Counted from the first letter of the stretch, positions 1 through 9,950 are shown. The stretch: 64,000 bases of DNA from Planctomycetota bacterium (GCA_038227875.1 JBBRPR010000005.1:64001-128000), one strand, 5' to 3'. Numbers and translations are program-made. The notes: generated by a model from the sequence alone, not told the origin.

Positions 1-1
1 C

Positions 2-607
2 GGTGTCGGTCAGCGCGCGATCGAGCAGGCCGCAGAGTTCTTCCATGGTGAGATGGTGGAGCACAAAGACGCGGCAGCGCGAGAGAAGCGCGCCATTGAC
101 TTCAAACGAGGGATTTTCGGTCGTCGCGCCGAGCAGCGAGAGTGTGCCATCTTCGACGGCGGGGAGAAATGCGTCCTGCTGGGCGCGGTTGAAGCGGTGG
201 ATTTCATCGACGAAAAGCACCGTGCGCCGGCGCTCGAAGCTCAGGCGTTCGCGCGCGGCCTGGATCTGTTCACGGGCTTCCTTGATGCCGCTGGAGACGG
301 CGGAGAACATTTCGAAGTGCGCGTTGGCGGCCTTGGCGATGAGGAAGGCGAGCGTGGTTTTGCCGGTGCCGGGCGGGCCCCAGAGGATCAACGAGGGGAG
401 CGGCTTCAAGGTCGGGTCGCCAGCGGCCTTGTTTTTCTGTTCCTGTTCGACGAGCCGACGGAGCAGTTTTCCCGGCGCGATAATGCTGCTCTGGCCGGCG
501 TATTCATCGAGCGAACGCGGGCGCATGCGGTCGGCCAGCGGCGCGCCCTGCTTGCGGATGGTGTCCGCGGCGGCGATGAACAGATCGGGTGAGCCCTTCG
601 GTTTCAT
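2..607 (-). CDS. rarA: Replication-associated recombination protein A (RarA/MgsA AAA+ ATPase), 3' part outside the window
   Basis: Not in the ORF track because it has no stop in the window. Manual translation from ATG 607 gives [10 protein letters not shown]...[17 protein letters not shown]...[15 protein letters not shown] (Walker A)...[20 protein letters not shown] (Walker B)...[19 protein letters not shown], the RarA signature. Confidence 0.95.
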   Translation of the reverse strand, partial: MKPKGSPDLFIAAADTIRKQGAPLADRMRPRSLDEYAGQSSIIAPGKLLRRLVEQEQKNKAAGDPTLKPLPSLILWGPPGTGKTTLAFLIAKAANAHFEMFSAVSSGIKEAREQIQAARERLSFERRRTVLFVDEIHRFNRAQQDAFLPAVEDGTLSLLGATTENPSFEVNGALLSRCRVFVLHHLTMEELCGLLDRALTDT

Positions 608-761
608 GGGGGCATGTTAGCGGGATGTTGGGGTGGAGTCGATCTCGGAATGAGGAGCTTGATCAAGGCAGTGCGCTTAGCTGCGCACTGGTGCTTAAAG
701 AAAATTAAAATTTGCCGCGACTGTCGTTCAATTCCGGGGACAGTTGAGTGAAAGGAATCCC

Positions 762-1361
762 ATGGCAACCACAACGGCGGCGCAAACAATCATGTCGAAC
801 GGCACAGGCGACTGGCGGGACAGCGCTCCGGACCAATACTGGGACCTGATCGATCGCTACCGTGCAGAGCTGACGCAACAGGCGCTGGGAATCGTCAAAT
901 CCCAGCATGATGCGGAAGATGTGGTCCAGGAGACTTTCGCGGAAGCCTTCCGCAATCCCGATGCGCTGGCCAAGGTGGATTCGATTGGCGCGTGGCTGAA
1001 GACCGTCAACCACCGCAACGCCTTGAATCGGCTCCGCGGCGGCAAGCGCAGCGAACGGAAAATCTCCGCGCGGCAGCAGCAATCCCTGGAAGCCAGCTTT
1101 ACGACCGGCGGATTCAGCCGCGTCGAACTGCGCGAATCGATCGCCTTTGCAATGCAATCGCTTCCCGCGGAACTTCGCGAGATCGTGGAGCTGCGCTTCT
1201 GGCAGCAGCTTTCCTACGACGAAATTGCCCAGCGCCTGAGCATCAGCCCCGACACCGTGCAGCGGCGATTGCTCTCGGCCACAAATCAGCTTTACGGACG
1301 CCTGAAGCCGCAGGTCGGCACGGGCATCCACACACCGCATAAAGGCACGGATTCAAAATAA
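762..1361 (+). CDS. ECF-type RNA polymerase sigma factor
   Basis: Region 2 DAEDVVQETF...AWL and region 4 LSYDEIAQRLSISPDTVQRRL. ATG 762 follows AAAGGA. Directly upstream of a zf-HC2 gene. Confidence 0.92.
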   Translation: MATTTAAQTIMSNGTGDWRDSAPDQYWDLIDRYRAELTQQALGIVKSQHDAEDVVQETFAEAFRNPDALAKVDSIGAWLKTVNHRNALNRLRGGKRSERKISARQQQSLEASFTTGGFSRVELRESIAFAMQSLPAELREIVELRFWQQLSYDEIAQRLSISPDTVQRRLLSATNQLYGRLKPQVGTGIHTPHKGTDSK

Positions 1362-1375
1362 TCCGCGGGAGAATT

Positions 1376-3280
1376 GTGATGACCTTGACCCTTAACTGTG
1401 AAGCAGTGGCCGGCAATCTCGCCGCCTACATGGACGGTTCGATCACCGGCGAAAGCGCGGAAGCGATCGCCCGCCACCTGGACGGCTGCGCCGAATGCCA
1501 GGCTGCCGCGGAGCGCTTTGGCGCTGTCAAAAATCTGCTGGAGTACGCTCAGCTGGAGGAACCCGCTGCGAGCGCGACGGCCGGGCAGCAGCCTGTTTCC
1601 GCGGCCGCGCGCGGGAGTTTATTCCTGATGTTCAGCAACGCGCCCTGGTGGCTGGTCTCCTGCGCGCTGCACGCGCTGGTGCTCGCACTGGCCGGACTGA
1701 TCACGATGGCCATTGAGGTGCCCCACACCGACGACGCCGTAATCATGATGACCGAACTGCAGCCGCGGCCGCCGGCGTTGAAAGAGGAAGAAAAGCGGGA
1801 GGATGTGCCCACTGCGCTGGAATCCAGCCGCGAAATTCCGCCGACCGATCCCACGTCAAAGGAACTCACGAACGTCGTCGTTCCGCCGGACATTCTGGCA
1901 CAGGCCGAGCTGGGCGATCACTTCGAAACCATCAACCCCGAAGCCCCCGACATGCATAGCGCGAATGGCAATCCCGATGCGTTGCTCTTTCATTCCACCA
2001 GCGGCAATACCGAATCCGCCGGGGGTGGCGGCACAAGCGGAATGAGCCTGGAGGATGTGATCGGCGTCGGTGGCGCAGGAACCAAAGGCAGCGGCGGCGG
2101 CTACGGCGGCGGCTTTGGCACCGGCACGGGTACCGGAGAAGGCAGCGGACACGGCAGCTTCGGCAACCGTTCCGGCGGCGGCCGCAAGCTGATGGTCAAG
2201 CGCAACGGCGGCTCCGTAAAGACCGAGAGCTCCGTGGAGAAAGCGCTGGAGTGGCTGGCGCGCAACCAGGATCAGGATGGGCATTGGGACGCGCAGAAAC
2301 TCGAGGCCACCTGCGCCGAAAAGCAATGGGTCGATGTCGGGATGACCGCCATCGCCACGCTCGCGTTCCTGGGAGCCGGACACAGTGAACGCGTGGGAAA
2401 GTACAAGGACAATGTCAGCCGCGCCGTCTACTGGCTGGTCGACAAGCAGATCAAAACCGGCAAGGACAAAGGCAGCTGGGTGCCGATCATGTACGCCAAT
2501 GGCATGGCCGCCCTGGCCCTCGCCGAAGCCAGCGCGATGTCCCCGCACAGCGACGCCAAGCAGGCCGCACAAATGGGCATCGACTACATCCAGTCCGCGC
2601 AGCACGAATACATGGCGTGGGATTACTACGCCAATCCCGACCCCAACGCACGCAACGACACGTCCGTCACCGGTTGGCAGGTGATGGCGCTCAAAAGCGC
2701 CAAGGTGGCCGGATTGAAAGTCGATCCCAATGCGCTGGAAGGAGCGCTCAACTGGCTCAACGCCGGCCAGGATATCCCGAAGGACGTGAAAGACGGCTAC
2801 GATTTCGAAGGCGGCATGATGGTCTACCAGGGTACCAAGGGCCATGTTGACGGCCCTTCACAATCGATGACCGCCGCTGCCGCAATGATGCGGCTGTTCC
2901 TCGGCGTCAAACCCGATCACCCGAGCGTGGCCGGTCCCTGCAACCTGATGAAGCGCGACAAGAACGTCGCCGGCGGACCCATCTGGGTGCCCTGCAACGA
3001 CGCCTACCCGCCGGCACTCCCGGGCTCAGGCATCAATTATTACTACTGGTACTACGGCACTTTTGCGATGTTCCAGATGGGCGGAGACCATTGGGCGATC
3101 TGGAACGATCACTTGAAATCCACATTGCTCCCCATGCAGCGCCAGGACGGAGCTTTCGCCGGCTCGTGGGACCCCAAGGGCGGCGGCCGCATCCCCGATG
3201 GTGGCCGCGTCTTCTCCACCGCGCTGGGTGCGCTCTGCATGGAAGTGTACTATCGCTACGCCAAGCTGAACGAGAGATGA
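1376..3280 (+). CDS. zf-HC2 anti-sigma domain + transmembrane helix + Gly-rich linker + prenyltransferase/squalene-cyclase-like (alpha/alpha) barrel protein
   Basis: N-terminal CEAV...HLDGCAEC (HxxxCxxC); hydrophobic PWWLVSCALHALVLALAGLI; Gly-rich stretch; QW-like repeats LEWLARNQDQDGHW and LLPMQRQDGAFAGSW; YYWYYGT and GGRVFSTALGALCMEVYYRY C-terminus typical of planctomycete prenyltransferase-repeat proteins. Confidence 0.85.
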   Translation: MMTLTLNCEAVAGNLAAYMDGSITGESAEAIARHLDGCAECQAAAERFGAVKNLLEYAQLEEPAASATAGQQPVSAAARGSLFLMFSNAPWWLVSCALHALVLALAGLITMAIEVPHTDDAVIMMTELQPRPPALKEEEKREDVPTALESSREIPPTDPTSKELTNVVVPPDILAQAELGDHFETINPEAPDMHSANGNPDALLFHSTSGNTESAGGGGTSGMSLEDVIGVGGAGTKGSGGGYGGGFGTGTGTGEGSGHGSFGNRSGGGRKLMVKRNGGSVKTESSVEKALEWLARNQDQDGHWDAQKLEATCAEKQWVDVGMTAIATLAFLGAGHSERVGKYKDNVSRAVYWLVDKQIKTGKDKGSWVPIMYANGMAALALAEASAMSPHSDAKQAAQMGIDYIQSAQHEYMAWDYYANPDPNARNDTSVTGWQVMALKSAKVAGLKVDPNALEGALNWLNAGQDIPKDVKDGYDFEGGMMVYQGTKGHVDGPSQSMTAAAAMMRLFLGVKPDHPSVAGPCNLMKRDKNVAGGPIWVPCNDAYPPALPGSGINYYYWYYGTFAMFQMGGDHWAIWNDHLKSTLLPMQRQDGAFAGSWDPKGGGRIPDGGRVFSTALGALCMEVYYRYAKLNER

Positions 3281-3337
3281 ACGTTCGCGGAATCGCCAGA
3301 ACCCGTCGACCAACCGTCGTAACGAACTTGAGTACGC

Positions 3338-3817
3338 TCAGACCAGATTGCTTTGTTCGTCGAGAAGATCGCGGAGTTTTTGAAGGCCGCCGAAGACCAG
3401 GGCGACGACGGTGACGCCGCCTTGCGGGATGCGGTAGAGGTCGCGGCGCCAGTGGGCGGCGTAGGGCCAGTCGTCGTAGAACGTGCCGATGAGGCGGTTG
3501 AGCGTTTTGCGGTCGTTGACGGGGCCGGACTTGAGAAGGTCGAGCAGCGCTTGCGCGGGGACTCGATTTTTCACGCGTTCGTTGCCGCCATATTTTTCGA
3601 GCAGATGCGCGAGCAGGCCTTCGGTCAGGCGACAGACGCCCTGCACGGCGGCGTAGATGTCTTCGTTGCGGTAGCCGGTCTGGCCGGGATCGAAAATGTG
3701 CAGGCCATTGACGAGCTTGTTGCCGCGCGCGGGATCGGCAAGGAAATCGTCGAAACGGTTCTGCGGCGTGCCGAGGGTGGCGAGCTGGGGGAGGATGAAG
3801 GCGTTGTCGTTGGGCAT
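3338..3817 (-). CDS. Hypothetical protein (~159 aa)
   Basis: ORF with normal globular composition; probable ATG at 3817 (MPNDNAF); no motif recognised. Confidence 0.65.
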   Translation of the reverse strand: MPNDNAFILPQLATLGTPQNRFDDFLADPARGNKLVNGLHIFDPGQTGYRNEDIYAAVQGVCRLTEGLLAHLLEKYGGNERVKNRVPAQALLDLLKSGPVNDRKTLNRLIGTFYDDWPYAAHWRRDLYRIPQGGVTVVALVFGGLQKLRDLLDEQSNLV

Positions 3818-3884
3818 GGGGTGGTCGCTCTGGGCTCTTGGCGGCGGGAGGGGTGTGCGTCCCGCGATTAATTTTGATTCCACT

Positions 3885-3946
3885 GCGGTCGCACTGGCAA
3901 GGCCGATCCTTCACTGCGTTCAGAATCGTCCGTGCCAGTGGCACCA
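3885..3946 (-). repeat. REP-like palindromic dispersed repeat, copy 1
   Basis: 62-bp element matching 19563-19624 in inverted orientation (8 mismatches by manual alignment). GGTG foot followed by CACTGGCA...TGCCAGTG stem. Confidence 0.85.
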
Positions 3947-4024
3947 GACTATCTCTTGCAATGGCACCTGCTTATTTTCTACGGTGCGTGGCTGCTTGCT
4001 GCTCCCAAGAGCCAAGAGCCGCCC

Positions 4025-6493
4025 TTAGATCATCCGGCCGCGTTTGCGCAGGATCCATTCCATCGTGATCAGCACGGTGAAGAGCGTGAAGATCATCCAG
4101 TTGTCCCAGAGGTTGATCGGCGTTTCGCGGGGGACGCGTTCTTCCTTGGGTTGGATCTTCGGCGGAATCTCGCGGACGTGGTCGATGGTGAAGTATTCGC
4201 CGCCTTCGCCCGCGGCCTTGGCGACGTTGCGCAGCAGTTCTTCGTCCATGCGCGGGTTTTCGAATTCCAGCTGCGGCTTTTCGACTTTGAACGACGCTTC
4301 CGACTGATGCGCGTCGGGCTGCGCTTCGTCTTTGAGCCAGACGGTGTAATCGCCCTGCAGCAACGGGATGTAGTTGCTCTCGTAGTTGCCGGGGCGGTCG
4401 GAGATCTTGCGCAATTCGGTGGTGAAGTCTTCGCCCTTCGGCGTTTTGCCGTGGACGATCACGGACGGCGCGGTGATTTCTTTCTGGTTCTCGTCCTTGA
4501 CGATGGCGGTGAGCACCAGCTTGTCGCCGATCGCGGCGAGACTGCGGTCGACGCCGAGGTAGAAGCGGCGCTGCCCGCCGAGGCGCTTGGCCATGCTTAA
4601 GTGGCGGATGGCCTGATTGTAGAAGCGGTAGTGGTAGCGGTCCCCCACCCCGTAGCGCCAGCGCCAGAGGCCGTCGACGCCGATGAACATCGTCCTGCCG
4701 GCGCCGTAGGGCGCGGTGACGATCAACGGCATCTTGTTGTTGTCTTCGTCCTTGTCGAACGGATGGACGGCGATGGTGGTCGCGTAGGACTTCTTCTTCT
4801 TGACCGGGTAGTACCAGTAGAGGCGCGGCAGCTTTTCCCAGACGTCGCGATTCTGCGCTTCATCCGCGTCGAGATGAGTCCAGGCGAGTTTGCGGCCTTC
4901 GTCGGTGAGTTCGACGGGGAAGGTTTCAGTGAAGCCGCCTTCCGGAGGCTGGAACGCGGCGCGCTGTGGGACGATCGGGAGCATTTCCGGCCACGCGCCC
5001 TGAGTGTATTCGGCGGGCGCGTAATGTTCGCCGGCGATCATGATCATGCCGCCGCCTTCGCGGATGAAATCCTGAATCAGCTTGATCTGGTCGTTGGTGA
5101 AGATGACGGGGTTGACGTCGCCGAGAATAAGCACGTCGTATTCGCTCATTTCCTTTTTGTTGACCGGGAATTGTTCGAGCGGCGTCTTGCCGTCGGTGCC
5201 GTCCCAGATGAACGTGCCGTCGGCGGTACAGAGGAGGACGTCGACTTCCGTGGTGTGGTCGCGGCGCGTGGCGTTCTTCAGGTAGCGGTATTCGTAACGC
5301 GGCAGGTCCTGGCCTTCGACGTAGAGCACCTTCACCTTTTTGTCGACGACCTGGAAGTTGTACGTGACGACGTTGTTGTCGGCGCGGAGTTCACCGGGCT
5401 GTTCGGGGATGCGGATGGTGTAGGTGTACTTGCCGGGCTTGGATTCCTTGAAGCGCAGCGCGACGGGCGTTTTTTCGCCGGGCTTGCCGAGCTTCACGTC
5501 TTCGGAGGCGACGACGCGGTCGCCGTCTTTCATTTCAACCTTGATCGAGGTGACGCCCGTGTACCCCTTGTAGCGGATCAGCGCGGTCACTTCGCTCTGG
5601 TCGTCGGGAAGGATCATGTCGGGGCCTTCTTCGGTCAGTTCGAAGTCCTTGGGTTCGGCGGGGTCGCCGATGCCGACGGTGTAGATGGGGACGCGCTGCG
5701 TTTTAAAAATCTGCGCGACCTGGACGGCGTCTTCGCCGGCGTTCTGGCGGCCATCGGTGATGATCACCACGCCGCCGACGGGCATGCCGCGGGTTTCGCG
5801 CAACGCGCCTCGGAGACAATCGCCGATACGCGTTTCGCCGCCGCGCTTGTTGCTGGAGGCGAGGTGCAGGAGATCGATGGGCTTGTCGTCGTCGGTGCTG
5901 GTGGAGAGCGACTTGGCCATGGTCATGACTTTGACGTCGTGGCGTTCTTTCAGCGCGTCGATGAAGTTCTTGCCGTCCTTGTTTTTCAGTTCCAGCGCGG
6001 CGGAGACGACGTCGAGGCGCGTGAGCAACTTGAACTGCTGCAGTTCGAGTTTGTCGCTGTTGACGGTGATGGCTTTGCCGTCGGCGTCTTTAAGCGTGAT
6101 TTTCTGAGCGCCCATCGCATCCTGCAATTTCTTGCGCAGGCCTTCTTCGGCGTCGGCGAAAGCGAGGTCCATCGAGAAGCTGTCGTCAACGATCACCAGC
6201 ACGGTGGAGCGGCGGGTTTCGATGCGGGTGGCGAGGAGCACGGGTTCGGTGAGGATGAACAGGCCGATGGCGATGAGCGCCGCGCGCAGCACGCCCAAAA
6301 ATCCGCGGAAGAACGGCGAGGCGGTGCCGCGGCCGTCGCGGTAGTAGATCCAGACGGCAAACGCGATCACGGCGACGATGACGAGGAAGACCATCCAGCC
6401 TTCCGGCGCCTGGTTGAAACGGATGCTCAGCTCGGAGTCTGCGCCGACTTTGTTCGGATCGAGATTAAACAGCCACGTAATGAACGAACGCAC
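4025..6493 (-). CDS. VWA-domain membrane protein with Ig-like and class I glutamine amidotransferase-like domains (MoxR operon)
   Basis: GTG 6493 with GGAG upstream; two N-terminal TM helices; MIDAS VDDSFSM and ITDG; KVLYVEG..RYEYRYL; GAGRTMFIGVDGLWRWR; C-terminal TM ending EWILRKR. Confidence 0.88.
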   Translation of the reverse strand: MRSFITWLFNLDPNKVGADSELSIRFNQAPEGWMVFLVIVAVIAFAVWIYYRDGRGTASPFFRGFLGVLRAALIAIGLFILTEPVLLATRIETRRSTVLVIVDDSFSMDLAFADAEEGLRKKLQDAMGAQKITLKDADGKAITVNSDKLELQQFKLLTRLDVVSAALELKNKDGKNFIDALKERHDVKVMTMAKSLSTSTDDDKPIDLLHLASSNKRGGETRIGDCLRGALRETRGMPVGGVVIITDGRQNAGEDAVQVAQIFKTQRVPIYTVGIGDPAEPKDFELTEEGPDMILPDDQSEVTALIRYKGYTGVTSIKVEMKDGDRVVASEDVKLGKPGEKTPVALRFKESKPGKYTYTIRIPEQPGELRADNNVVTYNFQVVDKKVKVLYVEGQDLPRYEYRYLKNATRRDHTTEVDVLLCTADGTFIWDGTDGKTPLEQFPVNKKEMSEYDVLILGDVNPVIFTNDQIKLIQDFIREGGGMIMIAGEHYAPAEYTQGAWPEMLPIVPQRAAFQPPEGGFTETFPVELTDEGRKLAWTHLDADEAQNRDVWEKLPRLYWYYPVKKKKSYATTIAVHPFDKDEDNNKMPLIVTAPYGAGRTMFIGVDGLWRWRYGVGDRYHYRFYNQAIRHLSMAKRLGGQRRFYLGVDRSLAAIGDKLVLTAIVKDENQKEITAPSVIVHGKTPKGEDFTTELRKISDRPGNYESNYIPLLQGDYTVWLKDEAQPDAHQSEASFKVEKPQLEFENPRMDEELLRNVAKAAGEGGEYFTIDHVREIPPKIQPKEERVPRETPINLWDNWMIFTLFTVLITMEWILRKRGRMI

Positions 6494-6549
6494 GTTAATA
6501 CTCCGGGCCTTGACTGCACTTCCGACGGACTTGCAACGTACCTTATTTA

Positions 6550-8823
6550 CTAGCGCGAGAAGTTTCCAAAGCGCCGCGCGAGCACCGATTCCACCAGCAA
6601 CAGGCACAACACCGTGGTCGCCAGCCAGCGCCAGATCTCGCGGCTGCCTCCGGATTTTTTCAGGCTTTCCTCCACCGCGTTGGGGTCTTCGGCGGTCAGT
6701 TCGAAGTCGTCCTGCGTGACGAAATTCTTGAAGTAGCTGCGGTCGGTGCCGGTTTCCCCGGCGCGCGGCACGCAGGCCAGCACGTCGCGGTCGTCCATCG
6801 TGGTGAGGTCGGATTCTTCCGCGCTGCGGTTGGCGGCGAAGTGGACGAGATGCTTGGTTTCGCCGGGGACTTCCGCGGTGTGGATGCCGGCCTTCTTGAC
6901 CGGCAGGCTTTCGATGCGCGACTGTTCGGTCAGCACTTCCATCGCGCTGGATTCGCCAGACGGATCGACCAGGCGCACGCCTTCGTGGCGCGCCGGGCCG
7001 AGGTCCTGGCGCGGGAGCTGCATCGAAAATTTCTCGCCGACCATGCGGTTACGCTGCAGGTATGCCGGCTGGATCAGGTCGAGGGCGATGTAATTCATCA
7101 GCGGCAGGTATTCGTTCTTTTTCGGCCAGGTGTTCCAGTCCATGCTGGCGGTGGTGCCGAAGAGGACGACGCGGCCTTCGCCGATGCGCTTTTCGACGGC
7201 GGCCGGTTCGCCGGATTCGTAGGCGAGCATCGTGCGCACGGTGACGTCGGTCTGGGCTTTGGGCACGAGCTTGTAATGACGCGTGGCGCGGAGCGAGCCG
7301 AGCTTGAGGCCGCGGATGCCCTTGAACTTAGCGATCGCGGGGTGGCCGATTTCCTTGTCGCTGAGGGCTTCGCCCTGGTTGCCGTCGCTGGCGTCGGTGC
7401 CGACGAGTTCGCCGAGATCCATGGGCAGCAGGTCGGCGAGTTCCTTGTTGTAGAGACTGGGGATGACTTTCTCACCGACGAAGATCCAGAGCGCGCCGCC
7501 GTGGCGGACGAACTGTTCGAGTGCCTGAATTTTTTCCGGCGGCACCGAGGCGACGTTGCCGAGGACGACCAGGCGGTAGTTATCGAGATTGGCTTCCGGC
7601 AGGGCGCTGTCGCCGATGACTTCCGGCAGCAGCGGCATCTTGCCGGCGTGGACTTCTTCGCTCTTGGCGGGAGAAAGCGCCTGGCGGAAGTAATCGAGTT
7701 CGCTGGCGTTGGGGCCGACGCGCTGCTGGCCGTCGACGCAGAGCACGCGCATCTGGTCTTCGACGTCCACGGCCAGAAACGCCGTGTTGTCGCCGGGGAG
7801 CATGTCTTCGGGAAGTTCAACCGAGACGGCGTGCGAACCGGGGTCCGGGAAGCTGTAGCGGAAGTTGACGGTTTCAGTCTTGCCCTTCAGCAATTCTGGA
7901 ATCGTTTCAGACGCGACTTCTTCGTTGTCGATTTTCAAGCGAACGCGAACATCCTTATTGGGATTGCTGGAGTAGCTCTGGATGGTGGCGATGAACTGCG
8001 TGTCGATTTTCGCAGGGACGACCTTTTCGTCGACTTCCAACCCGACAGCCGCAAGGTTGTCGGATTCTTTTTCACCAGCGAGGCGAATCACGCGGATGAT
8101 CGGCTTGGATTTCGGATCGCCGAAGGTCTTGGCGATGGCATCTTCGTCGGCACCGAGCACGCGGCGGGGCTGATGGTCGGCATGTTCCCAGCCCGTGCGA
8201 GTCTGGTCGGTGATGACGATGATTTCGTGGCGCAGGTTGGTGGTTTTGCGGTCGAGGAAAATGCGGCAGGCCGCGGCGATGCTCTTGGGGATGTCCGTGC
8301 CGCCGTCGCTGAGTTGCGCGCCCTTGATGCCGCCGGCGATGTCCTGCTTGCGCAGTGCGGTGCTGGCAAGGACCTCGTCGCCGTTGGAGTTGGCGAGGAT
8401 CACGTCCACTTCATCGCTGAGCGAGAGTTTGCTGGTCAGTTCGGCGGCGATTTCCTTGGCCTTGTCGAACATCGGCTTGCCGCCGACGCGCTGGCCCATC
8501 GAGAACGAATTGTCGAGCACGATCACGCGGTGGATCGAGGCGCGGCCGGTGAGCAGGCCCATACCCTGCTGCAGGATCGGGTGCGCCAGCGCGAGGGCCA
8601 GCAGCACGAGGACGAGGATGCGGATGAGCAGCAGGATGAGCTGTTCGACCTGCAGGCGGCGCTGGGATTTTTTGTAGCTGGCCCAGAGCCAGTGCATCGC
8701 CGCCCAGATGTGCTTCTTGAAGCGCTGACGGTTGAGCAGATGGATCACGATCGGGATCGATCCAGCGAGAGCTCCACCCACCAGCGCGGGATTGGCAAAG
8801 AAACTGGCTAAGAACGTCGGCAT
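6550..8823 (-). CDS. BatA N-terminal domain / VWA-domain protein (MoxR operon)
   Basis: BatA-type start FANPALVGGALAGSIPIVIHLLNRQRFKKHIWAAMHWL; MIDAS VLDNSFSM; C-terminal TM EIWRWLATTVLCLLLVESVLAR. Confidence 0.9.
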   Translation of the reverse strand: MPTFLASFFANPALVGGALAGSIPIVIHLLNRQRFKKHIWAAMHWLWASYKKSQRRLQVEQLILLLIRILVLVLLALALAHPILQQGMGLLTGRASIHRVIVLDNSFSMGQRVGGKPMFDKAKEIAAELTSKLSLSDEVDVILANSNGDEVLASTALRKQDIAGGIKGAQLSDGGTDIPKSIAAACRIFLDRKTTNLRHEIIVITDQTRTGWEHADHQPRRVLGADEDAIAKTFGDPKSKPIIRVIRLAGEKESDNLAAVGLEVDEKVVPAKIDTQFIATIQSYSSNPNKDVRVRLKIDNEEVASETIPELLKGKTETVNFRYSFPDPGSHAVSVELPEDMLPGDNTAFLAVDVEDQMRVLCVDGQQRVGPNASELDYFRQALSPAKSEEVHAGKMPLLPEVIGDSALPEANLDNYRLVVLGNVASVPPEKIQALEQFVRHGGALWIFVGEKVIPSLYNKELADLLPMDLGELVGTDASDGNQGEALSDKEIGHPAIAKFKGIRGLKLGSLRATRHYKLVPKAQTDVTVRTMLAYESGEPAAVEKRIGEGRVVLFGTTASMDWNTWPKKNEYLPLMNYIALDLIQPAYLQRNRMVGEKFSMQLPRQDLGPARHEGVRLVDPSGESSAMEVLTEQSRIESLPVKKAGIHTAEVPGETKHLVHFAANRSAEESDLTTMDDRDVLACVPRAGETGTDRSYFKNFVTQDDFELTAEDPNAVEESLKKSGGSREIWRWLATTVLCLLLVESVLARRFGNFSR

Positions 8824-8858
8824 TCAGCGGTTTTCCCGTTTTCCTTTTTTACCCGGAC

Positions 8859-9764
8859 TTATTTCACTCTGCAGTTGGCGCGCGCCGCAAGATAGGCGCT
8901 CAAGACGACGTCCAGCGGATGCTTGGTCGAGACCGGCACGAAATCGATCTTGCTGTTGCGGCAGCCGCGCTTCATTTTCTCGTTGAAGGCCTGGTATTCT
9001 TCGATGTAACCCTTGCGCAGCGAGCGCGGATCGCAGAGCAATTCCTGCCAGCCTTCGTAACCTTCGAACAAGGTCATGTTGTCAAAGGGGAACGAGGTCT
9101 CGAAGTCGTCGAGGATCTGGAAGATGATCACTTCGTGGCGGCGGTGCCGGAAATGCTGCAGGCCAGAGAGCAGCTTGTCGGGATCGTCGAAGAGGTCGGA
9201 GAGGATCACGACCAGTCCTTTGCGCTTGATGCGTTCGGCCAGGTCGTGAAGGATGCTGCCGGTGTCGGTGCGCTGTTCGGGGACGATCTGCTTGAGTTCA
9301 TGAAGCAGCAGGCGCAGATGGGCCGGCGAGGCTGATGCGGGGACGAATTTTTTCACCTTGTTGTCGAAGAGCACCATGCCGACGGAGTCCTGCTGGCGGA
9401 TGAGCAGGTAGGTGAGGCTGGCGGCGATGTAGCAGGCGTATTCGAGCTTGGAGATGCTGCCCGGCGAAGCGTATTTCATGGACTCGCTGGTATCGAGCAG
9501 AATGTAGCTGCGGAGATTGGTCTCTTCTTCGTACTGCTTGATGTAGAAGCGGTCGGACTTGGCGAAGACTTTCCAGTCGAGATGTTTCAGGTCGTCGCCG
9601 GGCGAGTATTCGCGGTGTTCGGCGAATTCGACGCTGAAGCCGTGGTAGGGCGACTTGTGCTGCCCGGAGATGTAGCCTTCGACGATGAGACGTGCCTTAA
9701 GATCGAGGTTGCCGATCTTGGTGAGCGTTTTGGGGTCGAGGTAGCGGGAGAGGTCGTTGGCCAT
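8859..9764 (-). CDS. DUF58 domain protein
   Basis: GQHKSPYHGFSVEFAEHREYSPGDDLKHLDWK and LLDTSESM; position within a MoxR operon. Confidence 0.95.
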   Translation of the reverse strand: MANDLSRYLDPKTLTKIGNLDLKARLIVEGYISGQHKSPYHGFSVEFAEHREYSPGDDLKHLDWKVFAKSDRFYIKQYEEETNLRSYILLDTSESMKYASPGSISKLEYACYIAASLTYLLIRQQDSVGMVLFDNKVKKFVPASASPAHLRLLLHELKQIVPEQRTDTGSILHDLAERIKRKGLVVILSDLFDDPDKLLSGLQHFRHRRHEVIIFQILDDFETSFPFDNMTLFEGYEGWQELLCDPRSLRKGYIEEYQAFNEKMKRGCRNSKIDFVPVSTKHPLDVVLSAYLAARANCRVK

Positions 9765-9802
9765 TTTAGTTCCGTTCCTCGTTCCCGGCGCGGCCCAATG
9801 CC

Positions 9803-9881
9803 GCCCCTCCGGGGCTTGCGCGATGTATGGCGATCACTTACGGCTCACGCCGTGGGCTACTTTATTGCGCCCCTCCGGGGC
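9803..9881. repeat. REP-like composite palindromic element
   Basis: Two identical GCCCCTCCGGGGC hairpins (9803-9815, 9869-9881) flank a minus-strand GTAG-CCC-ACGGC-GTGA-GCCGT hairpin (9840-9860). Confidence 0.75.
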
Positions 9882-9950
9882 GAGTAACGGGCTCGTCCCT
9901 GCGGTACGGGTCCCGATGAATTTACCTGCACTTTCTTTGACTTATTTTCG

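Noticed and set aside
3..620. Plus-strand ORFs 3..620 and 53..592
   Set aside because: Antisense shadows of the minus-strand rarA, which has clear Walker motifs.
2020..2185. GGC-rich repetitive DNA
   Set aside because: Explained by the Gly-rich protein linker; not an independent repeat.
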